From Bispira polyomma (taxonomy: Eukaryota): a DNA stretch of 64,000 nt. Below the pieces are notes generated by a model, which did no database searches, had not been told where the DNA came from, and saw only the letters and a program-made list of their open reading frames with translations. This document shows, piece after piece, positions 1 to 11,479 of this stretch. The position numbers and the translations under genes were made by a program. The first letter of the stretch is position 1; each line of letters opens with the position of its first letter. The DNA is taken from contig OZ287753.1 in NCBI GenBank assembly GCA_965649765.1, positions 57,846,001-57,910,000 of the forward strand. The letters run 5' to 3'.

Positions 1-1030
1 CGTCAAGTTCTTTCATATTGGCGCCTGAGAGATTTTGCCCGTCGGTATGAATCAGAGAGCCAATGCACAGAATCTTTCTTTAACATTCTAGATACAAGTG
101 GTGCATGCTTATCCAGTACATCACCCAGGTCATGTATGTATTGTTCATAAATTTTGGCTACAGAATTGGCAGGTGACTTAATGAAGAAAGTATTCTTGAG
201 ATCAGTACGGAGGTCAGACATGTTAATATGACGCAGGCAAGCAACAGTGAGCGGCCATGAGCCCAATTGACACCACCATATTTTCAAACGCCTGATAGAC
301 AGGAGAATCTATTTAATGTGGTTTTTCGGAGGATCTAATGAAGAAACCAACACCGCCACCAATACGTGAGGGACAAGACATTTGAGGAAACACAAAATCA
401 GGAGGAGTAACAGACCTTAGAAAGCCATCTGTATCAGATAGACGGACATGGATCTCAGTAACACGGAGGAAGTCGAGGTCGTGCAATGTCACAATATCAG
501 CAAGGAGTGCACCCTTGTTCCTTACAGATCTAGCATTTAGCACCCCGAGCATGACAGGAGCAGGGTTAAGGGACAAATCACAGGCGAGTAAGAGTAACAA
601 CACAAGACCTCTTCCATTAATGGTGGTTGGAAATTTACAACACTAATAAGTGTATGAAAATGTTTTTGCAACTTTAGCCAATGAGGTAGCAGATGTATGA
701 GCTACTCTGGGATGCAACCACTCATACCTATGAGCAATAGCCACTGCAAACAGTGCCAAAAAAGGACAACCCGAATGAGAAACATAACTAGTGAGGTTGT
801 AGAAAAAGAAGAAGCCCTCAAACTGAACTCAACAGTGGGGAGACTCAGAAAGTGTGTCCCTACAACTCACCATACAATTCTTCATCCCGTGGACGACTCA
901 CGGGCACTTTAGCACCCTACACTATAGCCTGACCTTAAGCTAAGTACAACCACACCAACATGTAGCAACAAAAAATGAGACTAATTTGAAAGAGACAATA
1001 TAAATAAATGTAGAGTACAGACCACTCCCA
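1..1030 (-). mobile_element. Degenerate CR1/L2-type LINE, 5' part (ORF2 N-terminus, APE endonuclease and linker); continues beyond window start
   Basis: 313-603(-) reads LLLLLACDLSLNPAPVMLGVLNARSVRNK...DFLRVTEIH...GGGVGFFIR, typical of the LINE APE endonuclease start (NARS..NK, TE.W, GGGV). 3-287(-) reads VLDKHAPL...W...RRAKSLRRQYER, the typical post-endonuclease linker. The frame is broken and the 5' boundary is approximate. Confidence 0.85.
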
Positions 1031-1796
1031 TACAGTTCTAATAGAGCGTCCCCCACTGGGACCTTTGTGTAGGGAAGAACTTTAGGGCTGACCCACGCCA
1101 TCCCCCACTGGGTACATGATGAAATAATGTATGACCATTTTTGCTGTCAGAAGCATCCCCCACTAGGACATGACACAGTGAGGGATATCCCTCACTAGAA
1201 CCCTCCTCCTTTCTTCGAAGAACCCCCTTCTCAACAAATCGCTAGGTTCGGCTTCCGCAGTCAGTCGGCTTATACTAAATCTCAAAGTAAGAGTTCGTAC
1301 AACTCTAGTTTGGATTTGTGTGGTTCATAATTATCGAATCGAAAATAATAATAAGTATGTTTATTCCAAAATCATAATAAAGTCTAAAGAAAATTAATTA
1401 CCCTAAGGCTTATTATGTTTCTAAATTTAGGAGAAAGAAATTTTATCATGTTGTCACATAAGATCTGGACTATTAGTAAAGTTTTATTTAGTCCTGTTAT
1501 GTGTATATGTTATCAATATTAAATAAGCTGAAAGTAAACACTTAAGGGATAGTCTTGATAAATTTTCAATAACTTCTGCTATCTCCAATTCAATATTTCT
1601 GTAATCTCTAAATTTGTTCTCTTTTATTTTGTCATATCTATATTTATATTTCCTTTATTATCAATCTCTGTAACTTTTTTTTTTTGCATAAGTATAATAA
1701 TATTATGTAAACCCAGGTTTTTCCTTTATTAAAAGATATAGACATACTATATAGTATAATTATATGTAAAATTGTTGTAAATTGCTTTTATATATA

Positions 1797-3207
1797 TGTC
1801 ACAGGCCAAAATTAAATCCTCGCCTAGGCGAAATCAAAATTTTAATCTATCCTAGGCGGATTTAAAATCTGCCTAGACATAATTAAAATTTTGATTTTGC
1901 CTAGACGGAATTAAAATTTCAAAGTTTACCTAATAGAATTTTAATCTCGCCTAGGCGGATTTAAAATCCGCCTAGGCGAGATTAAAATAGGGAGAATTAA
2001 AATTTCAGATTGAAGGAAATTGTAATTATTTCATTTATGTATGCAGTAAAAGTATGGATAACAGCCTTAAAATTGAACTTATTTTATTTCTTGTTAAAGC
2101 ACTCTCCATTCATAGTTCAAAGCATTAATTCATACATGGAATATTATAGTTATAAACGTGACCACACCAATCATTTTTTGGTTTTGTTTACCCTACACTA
2201 CATTAAAATCCAATGTTTTCACTAGCTTAATATGTATTATTAGTGTATTATCAGTGTAATATTTCCTCATTAAGGGTAGAACATGGGTCAAAAGGTTTGG
2301 AATTGTATTTATTGGTAAAGTATACAACACATAAGGATTATTGATATAATTAAAATAATAACATTTATAGTATGTCTATTGTTTGTCTGTCTATTATTTG
2401 TCTTACCTATTTGACCACCTACTGGTAATTGTTATTAATTGGTTTAGCAACTGTCCTTGTCTCAGTACTTCCCCTGATTTCTTCACTGCCATGATAGAAT
2501 GCAAAATACTGTAATTGTAATTAATGTTTGCAGTGAAAACTCACATGCCTCACAAAAAGATAAGTTTATAATCGTTCATGCCTTTTCAAAAACTCCATAG
2601 TGGTAATCCCCAAAGACTTTCTTGGTGCACTGCTCTTTTATATGTGTTCAGGAATGAATTGGTAGCACTTGGTAGTGTCTGAATTAATGTTTTAAATCAC
2701 AAATGAAAAGTGCCTTATACAAAAATGATGTTAATAATTAATGCAATTACTATATTTCATGTATGAATTAATGTTTTAAACCATGAATGCAAAGTGCTTT
2801 ACTAAGAAATAAAATGAGTTTTAATCTCGCCTAGGCGAAATCAAAATTTTAATATGGTCTAGGCAGATTTTAAATTAGTCTAGGCGAGATTAAAATTCTA
2901 CAAAACAAACTTAGAAATTTTAATTCCGCCTAGGCGAAATCAAAATTTTAATTTGGTCTAGGCGGATTTAAAATCTGCCTAGGCGAGATTAAAATTTTGA
3001 TTTCGCCTAGGCGAGATTAAAATTCTACAAGACAAACTTAGAAATGTTATTTCCGCCTAGGCGAAATCGAAATTTTAATTTGGTCTAGGCGGATTTTAAA
3101 TCTGCCTAGGCTAGATTAAAATTTTAATTTCGCCTAGGCGAGATTACAATTTTAATCTTGCCTTGGTGGATTTGAAATCCGCCTGGATTTTAATTTCGCC
3201 TGTGACA
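1797..3207. mobile_element. Non-autonomous DNA transposon with TIRs and arrays of subterminal palindromic repeats, inserted at TA
   Basis: Left end TGTCACAGGCCAAAATTAAA (1797) is the inverted complement of right end TTTAATTTCGCCTGTGACA (3207). TA flanks both sides. Many AATC(T/C)GCCTAGGCG(A/G) palindromes lie at 1820-1990 and 2820-3190. No transposase ORF. Confidence 0.85.
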
Positions 3208-3580
3208 TATAAATATATATATCATGAAATTGAATATATATTTGTTTTCATATTTATATATACTAATAATATTATTATTACAGAAAGAAAACTAAAAATT
3301 ATGTATATTATTATTATTATTATTATCTTAATATATATTTTTTTACTTAATTGTTTTAATGTTTAAAGATAATTATATGGGCATTGAATGAGGATGTGTT
3401 TTTATTTGATGATTAAATCTTTAAGTACCTGTTTTTTGTGTTTTGTTTTTAACACAAAGTGTACTTGATGTGATTTTTTGAGTAATTTAAGCTTTATTTT
3501 ATATATTTAATGAAAGCAAAAGTTAGGTGTATAAATTTATCTATTGTTTATCTGATGAAATAATCACCTATGTTATGTAA

Positions 3581-4500
3581 CTGTTTCACTGTCAAGATCG
3601 ATCTGGAGCAGGCCTGATTGTGCCGATCTTGGTGGCAACCCGCTGAATCCGTTGGACCACCTGGAGTGATCTGCCTATTAGGATCGAAGACAGGAAATAC
3701 TTAAAATAAACAAAAATGCCCCTAATAATCCATGGATCTTTAGGGACCCAACAATTCAACTGCGATAACCAGGGCCCGAGGGAATCTAATAACCAGATCA
3801 CCCGGAGTGACTTTCCCAATTGCAAAGATCACCTGGGGTGACCTGCCGGTTCGTAAAGATTAGTCTAGCACTGGTGTAGACTCATAAAGGTGTGAAGATT
3901 AAATGAGGTATAAGTGGCTAGCTGTCCCCTATTTATACCCTTCAGACATAACCACCAATGTGGCTTCTTTGATTGTTAGGATGACTCCTGGGGCACCCCC
4001 GATCTGCATTCACTTCAGCTAATCTTTACAATCAGAGTATCACCCTGGTTGATCTTAACATTCGAGGAAGCCACCCTGGTTAATCTTAACAATCGAGAAA
4101 ACCACCCCAGGTAATCTAAACAATATCAGTGATCAATCGGGGTGTCACAATGATTGACCGGCAAGCCATCCCAATTGTTTGGGTCAATGAGGATTGCATT
4201 TTGTTGTTTTAGGGGGATGAGGGAGGAAATACACTCCAATCATCCGGAGTGACAACGAAATCAACTGGGGTGGCATTTGGGTTACTTAAGGATACTCCCG
4301 ATTATCCGGGTGCAGAGGGGGGTAAAATCTCCCATCGGCCAATTTTCTGAACATGTTCTAAAACTTAACCATTTTCGGATCACACAAATTTTGACCCGGA
4401 CTGTCTGGATCATCATGATAAATCGGAAGAGCTACAGGATTACGTCCGGGGTGCCCAAAATCGGGACTGCTCCCGATCTATCTTGACAGTGGAACAGGGG
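3581..4500. mobile_element. MITE / non-autonomous DNA transposon, possibly PIF/Harbinger-type
   Basis: ~40-bp imperfect TIRs: CTGTTTCACTGTCAAGATCGATCTGGAGCAGGCCTGATT (3581) and AATCGGGACTGCTCCCGATCTATCTTGACAGTGGAACAG (ends 4497). Interior is richer in GC with recurring ATCACC(C/T)GG motifs. Superfamily assignment is inference. Confidence 0.75.
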
Positions 4501-5344
4501 TATTAATTAAAATGCCATAATGGTTGTATTACAAAATGATACTTAAGTAATAACACATGACAAACCATGATATATGTCATAAAATTTACAACGGTTGAAA
4601 GTGCAGTAATACAAAGACGAATCCTGAGTGTTTCTTGCTGAGAGAGGTAAAAAAATAATTAACTAAAATAATTAAAAATTAATTAACTAAATAATTATGT
4701 GAATTCTACTGGATTTAGTGGAAATATTATATGTTACTGTTTGAGGAACTATTTTCCTCTGGTGTCAATCCTATAAACGAAAAAGGCCCATGTGTACATG
4801 ATGAATTTTATCTAAGCTTTCAGCCAATCAGAATCGCTGACACATATTATCTTCCTGTACATTATTCTATTCACTTGAAGCCTCGACATGAAGTTTTTTT
4901 TAACTCTTTGTGTATTGTTTTAGTTCCATTTTAATAGATTTTCCTCAGTCAAAAGCAACAATAAGTCAAATTTGATTTAAAATGCAATAAAAATAAATTT
5001 ACTCTAATGAAATAATTCTTGCCAATGTCCAAGTCGCAACAGTACAAACAGATTTATATAATAGATATGTACTACTAAAAGTGCAAGTCAGATATTACAC
5101 TGTTTGGACATTTTAGAAATATTAATCAAAAGAATTGAAATGATATAGTTTTTATAACTTGGGTTATCCATCAATAGGTATTTTATCGAATGTGTAGTTG
5201 TAACTATTTAAGTTAAACCATTATCCAGCAGTTGCTAATCTGGTAAATAATGTGTCTTTATTACATATGAAATGTAAATTAACAGCATAAAAGAATGTAT
5301 TCCATATATTTCTGTTCCAGTGATTCACCATGTTTCCGTTTTTT

Positions 5345-5535
5345 AAGTTTCACCCACATCTGTTTGGTTAGTTTGCTTTCTTGTCACCAAGATTACACAA
5401 AAAACCATTGTACCTAGTTACATGAACTTTAGTGGAGCAGATCAGATAAGAAGGATGGACTTTGGGTTTTTTCACACTTTTTGCTAATGTTCCGCCTTGG
5501 CGGAGGTATGTGCTTTACTGATTGCCCTTTTAGTT
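5345..5535 (+). mobile_element. Short Helentron-associated (HINE/DINE-1-like) non-autonomous element
   Basis: GTTT-type microsatellite, CACCAAGATTACACAA core, 3' hairpin CCGCCTTGGCGG then ...TTTTAGTT. Related copies at ~15046-15236 and ~59750-59940. Confidence 0.55.
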
Positions 5536-6689
5536 TATAAGTATATATTATAAAGCACTACTGCAAATATCTTTTACATGATTTAGATGCAACCACTGCA
5601 AACATCAATATTTTTTTACATTACACACCACATTTCAATATAATATAGATATGTATGTAATAATTCCTTACTTGTTTATATAATCAAACTCATCAACTAT
5701 AAGTCATTTACTGACTGGAACAAACACAAAGCAATTATAAATGCAGACCTACTATAATTACACAGTATAATTTTGCTGTGTCTAAATGTATTAATCACCC
5801 ATTAGCCCACATAGTTTATACAGGGTGTGGTATTCTCAGATGACTTAAATCATTGCAGTCACAAAATGCTGTATAGTGAATGATCCTATTGATTACTCAG
5901 ACCACCATCCCCTTTCTTCCTGAAACCAAATCCCAGAGTCTATTTCAAAAAGGCTGTTCTGAAAGCCATCTAGAGTTTTATTCTATGCAAAACAAACATA
6001 TGCACATATTTTTGGGTGGATATTTTATATCACACGTTTTCCTGGTTTTATATGTAAATTTAGATCTGGATAAATCCTAATAAAATTGCACTTGAATCTA
6101 AACTGAGCTTTAGATTGAGTTCATCTATAAAGGGTTTTATAGGACCACCAGTGTTTTGTAATTGAGAGACACACATGTTACTAGAACAGGCCTAGTCAAG
6201 TGGAATTAGATAATTTTTGCTTGACTTATTTATACTAACACTGACACTTGCAAGACATGTAGAATTCTATGCCTGTCTATTTATGTTTATTAAAATTCCT
6301 GCAAGATGCACAAAAAAAAAAAAAAAATTCTTCAGAACATTAATTTATCAAGGGATCATTGTCTTTGATCAATATTTGATAAATGTTTTAAGCTTAATAT
6401 GTAAAGACATATCTGATTCAAGGTTTAATGGTTCCTCCCTACTTGAACTGGAAATTATCCCATGGGGTTCTCCAATGTGTTAATTTATCACATTGCTTAT
6501 ATGTTGCTGCAACACAAGATTATCCGATTTATTGATGTCGGTGCCTCAAGCAAAGAACATAAAGGTTATCATTCTGTTATATCTCTCTATATGGGAAATA
6601 TTTTAATGGATGATTTGTTTATTTGATAAACAAGCAAAGTAATAAATATTCTCATTTAAAGCCACGCCATTTCATTATGTATTTATAAT

Positions 6690-8490
6690 AAAAGACAGGG
6701 GGTGTCTCGGTGCCTTCCACTAGTATAATGTTTTTACTTCTATAATGCCACAATCGATGACTAGGCATCCTATCTGGGGCATATCCTAATAAGTGAGAGA
6801 AAAGAAAGTCTGGTAGATGGAAAAAAGTTCGTGATCAGAGTTCAGTCGTGACCAGCAGATGAATGCTACGGTGGGAAAGTCAGCTGATACAGGTGTGTTT
6901 TGAGCTTTTTTTCTGAAATCTGTGATGCTTGTCTCAGTCTGAAGACTAGTAGGGAGGCTATTCTAATCAGCCAGTGCTGCAACTAAGAATTATTTTGAAC
7001 CAGCTGACTTTTTGGGTAGAAAACCGGAAGTGATTGCTGAGAGACAGCATAGATGCTAAGTAGGCAGGTTAATGTACATGGACTGTCTTAAAAATGAAGA
7101 CAATTATCTTAAATTTAATACAGAACTCAATAGGTAGCCAATGTAATTGTTTAAGCAGGGGAGTTGTGTGAGTGTGAGGGCCAGGATGGCTTACTATTCT
7201 GCACAGGTTATTTTGAATTTTCTGTAGCGTGTTTATTTGGCCCTGTACAATTCCATATAGTAGTGAATTGCAGTAATCTAGTCGACTTGATACCAGAGCA
7301 TTTGCCACTGCAATGGCATTTTCTAGAGTTAAATGCCATTGAATCCTACAAAGGTCACGAATGTTGCAGTAGCAGGAACAACAGAAATTCGAGACATGTT
7401 TTTTGAAGGATAAGTCAGAGTCAAAAGTAATTTCTAGGTTCTTTGCACAGTCAGCAGGAACAGTGTTATTACCAAAGAGAGTAGTAGGAAAGATGTCAAA
7501 GACCTTTTCCCTCTGATGTTTGGAGCCAAAAGGTAGGAATTCAGTTTTTTCAGGGTTGCGTTTTAGTTTGGAATTACTTATCTATTATTCAATCAAGTCA
7601 AGCAGCTAGAAAGCTGTTCTAGGACCTGGGAATAACTTTTGGGAGTGAGGGACCAGTAGGTTTGTGTGTCATCTGCATAGAAGGGGCCCAAGGACAGAAC
7701 CTTAAGGGACACCGAACAGGAGATCAAAAGGAGATGACTTAGCTCTGTTGACACTAATGATCTGATTACAGCATTCAAGATAGGTTTCAATCCATTGAAG
7801 AACCGAATGTGATAGCCCGAATCAAGTATTGAGGCATTCAGGAAGTATCTTGTGGTCAATCGTGTCAAACACAGCAGACAAATTAAGAAGGGTAAGGGCA
7901 ACTACACGATCCCTGTCTGAGCTCATATTAATGTTACTGCTAATTTTTAGAAGTGCTGTTTCCATTGAATGGTATTTTGTGTAGGCTGACTAGAGTTTAT
8001 TTCCCACATGATTGATGTACAAGTGTTCATTTATTTGAAGAGCAACGGCTCTCTCGATCAATTTCGAGACAAAGCTTAGGTTTGACACTGGTCTGTAATT
8101 TTTAAGGTTATTTCTGTCTAGATTTGGCTTTTTGAGTATGGGGGTTACATTGGCAGTTCTGAGCGATTTGGGGAAGCAACCCTCTTTGAGTGAGTAGTTT
8201 ATAATGTTTGTGATTGGAGTTAATAGAATATCTTTACAATCCTACAGTAAGGAAGTTGGGATAGGGTCTAGGTCACATTGTTTGGAAGGGGATAAAGTAA
8301 TGATTTTTAGGACTTCATCTCAACTGAGTGTTACGAACTTATTTAAGGTAGCTGGTTTGTGTGGTGGAATTGGGGTGTTAAGAGAGGTGGATGCTTTAAA
8401 AGCCATACAAATTTTATCAATCTTCCCTGAGAAAAATTTATCAAACACATTTGAAGTTTCAGTAAAGTTGTTACAGTCCACCATTGTAGT
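6690..8490 (-). mobile_element. 5'-truncated, decayed CR1/L2-type LINE (reverse transcriptase region and 3' end), present only in duplication copy A
   Basis: Minus-strand fragments KQCDLDPIPT..L, ANVTPILKKPNLD...NYRPVSNLSFVSKLIER, GVP*GSVLGP, YADDTQ and ALVSSRLDYCNSLLYG...LHWLPI, with many stops and frameshifts. Copy B runs through the equivalent site (~18110-18165) without it. Confidence 0.92.
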
Positions 8491-8694
8491 TTTAAGTCTT
8501 GGCCCTGGTGTGTATGTGGAAAACCTGGCAGTGGACTTGCTGAAGGCTGTGGCTATTATAGCAGTACCTTATTCAGATTTCCTTTACCATTGAACTGTTC
8601 ATTGTGATGTGGCATAAAAATGTGTGCAAAGCAACCTATAACCCCCAAAAATATAATACAATATCATTTTCCATCATTTACCAATTCTATGTCA

Positions 8695-8697
<3 letters not shown>

Positions 8698-8738
<41 letters not shown>
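8698..8738. repeat. (TA)n microsatellite
   Basis: Direct read; not expanded in the paralogous copy (~18345). Confidence 0.95.
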
Positions 8739-8740
<2 letters not shown>

Positions 8741-10660
8741 ACACAGCTAAAATATTTATTTGTCAAATTCTGCTTTTTGGTTGTGATAATATCAGATTTT
8801 ACCTCCAATGATTCAGTGCCAACAATTTAGAGAAGCATTTGATGAGAAAGGGAGAAAACAATGAAACGTTTAAAAATCCACTGTGGTTGACAGGTTAATA
8901 ACTACAATATTGTAATATCCATTCAAATAAAAGGTGAACAATATTTTAGGTTTACAGTTTCGTAACAGGTTCCGAAATAGAACTCCATGACCTTGAGCTA
9001 GAGACACTGGATCTTCTTACATCCACTGCTTTAAACATGACTAGGTTGGGGTTTTTATTCAATAAGATACAAACTAGTTTATTAAAAACTTTAAGAAGCT
9101 GAATGATAGAGTTATTAATCCTACCACAGAATAATCAGTACATACAGAGTGGAGAGTATAATGACTTGACTCCCAACAGATTGCTGTGATTTCCTGAAAA
9201 TTGCCACTTTCTTGGATTGTACATAATGAAACCCAGGACAGGTTTCTACGTAATGTGACTAAACCCAGGGACAAATTGGGAATGCTTTATAAAGTAACAA
9301 TGAACAGAAAGCACAAAAAGCATAGTTGTTGAAGAAAGAGCTGTTGTTATGTTCGCTTATTTTCCGACTATTGTTGTGCAACTCTATTAATGCAGTGGGG
9401 TTTTTCTTCTTCTTTTATGAAAAAAAAAATCATATTAAAGGAAAGTCAAGATAATTCACTAAAATTGTTAACAAGTGAACTATTTTTGACATATATAAAG
9501 GTAAGAAAATAAAAAAGTATTTGCTTATATTATTAAATTACATATGTACAAATTGCACAAAACTGCAAATGATTAAAAAATAAAGTAACATTATTTAATT
9601 GTGAAAGACAATCTTTTAAGTGTCTTGTTTTGGAGGTGGTAGCCAATAATCATCCAATATGAAATCAATCTGCATTAGATTTTGAAAGCTAATAAATAGC
9701 AGTGGAAATATTTCAACAGCTATCTGTATATTAACAATTTTAAGTTTGGCAATGTGTAAGAGGATAACAGTTATCCTCAAAATATTCGAACCACATTTCC
9801 AAAGTGCACATTTTTATCAGTATTTCTGGCAATTCTCTTCTGACAATGTAGTTTATATTAAAACCTTTTTCAGTAAAAAATGGTAAAATGTAGAAATGAC
9901 TGATGTATGAGATAAGCTATATGACTAGCACCATTTAGTACCTGTATAACTGTCTTTTCATTCAGAAATGTGTCTTTTTAATGATAAAAAACTAAATTTT
10001 TAGTATTCACATTACATTAATTAGTCCCTTCAGACGAAAAATACTCATTTGGTCATGGACTTTGTGTTGTAGTTTGGGGAGGGAGAAGATGTACTATTTT
10101 TGATACAGTGGAATGATTTCGTCAACTGTAATTCCATTTGTAACTGGTGGTGATCCATTTCACTTTGTGGCGTTGACATGTCAGTCAAGGACACATACTA
10201 TTGGTTTGATGTTGGAACCATAATCCTTTTTGCAATTACAGAAATTAGATTAGTTTTCCCTTAAACATCCTTACATGTAGAAGGCTTGTGGTAAGTCTCG
10301 TGATAAGGAATGCCAATAACTATATATACTACATCTATTGTATAATTAGATAATTTTCATTAGGAATTAATTTTTACGATTTTGTTTTCAGTACTGATGC
10401 CTGTAACAGGTAAAGCCAACCCTCGATTTGATGGTCAATATCTTTGAGATGTGTCGATATTTTAACCCAAATATTGTGTTATTGATAACACAATGACACA
10501 CAAAATGGGCACATTTTATTTATTATTATTATTGACCTTTTACAATAAAGGAGAGGCCTACAGGGACAAATAGTGATTTGTAAAGTAGTAAAATATTTTA
10601 GTCCACCAAATAGGTTTTTTCATTTGTAAAATCGCCAGCTTTAACTATGGAATTCATGAT

Positions 10661-11439
10661 TGTTACATATAAGGACATTGTTGTATGTCAGTGGAGAACT
10701 GGTCTAGTTAGTACTAATGTTTCTTACACTCTGCTAGAGGGATCTATTTATATATTTGGCGAAAACCCCTAAGCTTTTAGAAGCCGGTTCTGTGTAGTGT
10801 TTTTATTGGAGTTGTGTTGACCTGTTTACATTTAATTCTGGAGTTTTCTAGTAGCTGTTGTTTACATACTCTAGAGCCTTCTATAGCTCTAGTATATATA
10901 AGGGTTGAAAGCCTGGCCACAGACTAGAGTTTGTTGAGTTAGTATGCTATACGGATTGCTATATTGTGAAACACTTTATTTTTGTGTCAAGTGGATATAA
11001 ACTGGTTATTTTTTACGTTTTGTGGTGAACTCATTGGAGTGAAATGGATATGAAGTTAAGGATTTATCGGAAAGTGGAACTGAATAGCTTAGTTGTGCAG
11101 GCTCTCTGGATATATACATTTTGTGTCCATGGACCCCGAACGGATAACAGGGTACAGGCATTGTGTGTTAGTGGACACCGAGCGGATCTCAAGACAGATT
11201 GCTGGATAAGTGGACAAACTTGTTTAACTGCTATTTACGTGGACAGGATTGTGGTTAGGTCAGATTGGTTTCATTGTTGTATTACTGTACTATTATATGA
11301 ACTATTAAGAGTATCTTAGTTGACTGTAATTGTTATGTTAATTGTTAAATAAATTTGTTAAGTGGAACTTTTTGTCTTTCCCGTTGCAACTTGAAAGCAA
11401 CCGGTAATTGCTACCGCACTTGCTCCCGTGACCGTAACA
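10661..11439 (+). mobile_element. Solo LTR (779 bp) of an LTR retrotransposon, BEL/Pao- or Gypsy-like
   Basis: TGTTAC...GTAACA termini with 5-bp TSD ATGAT (10656-10660, 11440-11444). Internal TATA-like TATATATAAG at ~10893 and AATAAA at ~11348. Empty site TCATGATAAAC in copy B (~20391). Confidence 0.9.
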
Positions 11440-11479
11440 ATGATAAACCAAAAAATAAACCCAAAATACACCAGTCCAT

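Noticed and set aside
1820-3190. Palindromic repeat arrays resembling a CRISPR array
   Set aside because: The spacers are themselves repetitive, the arrays are bounded by TIRs, the context is eukaryotic and there are no cas genes.
6343-6384. Hairpin ATTTATCAA...TTGATAAAT as a miRNA precursor
   Set aside because: The stem is short and AT-rich, and the inner pairing is disrupted in the paralogous copy.
8204-8593. 129-aa plus-strand ORF
   Set aside because: Antisense shadow of the LINE ORF2.
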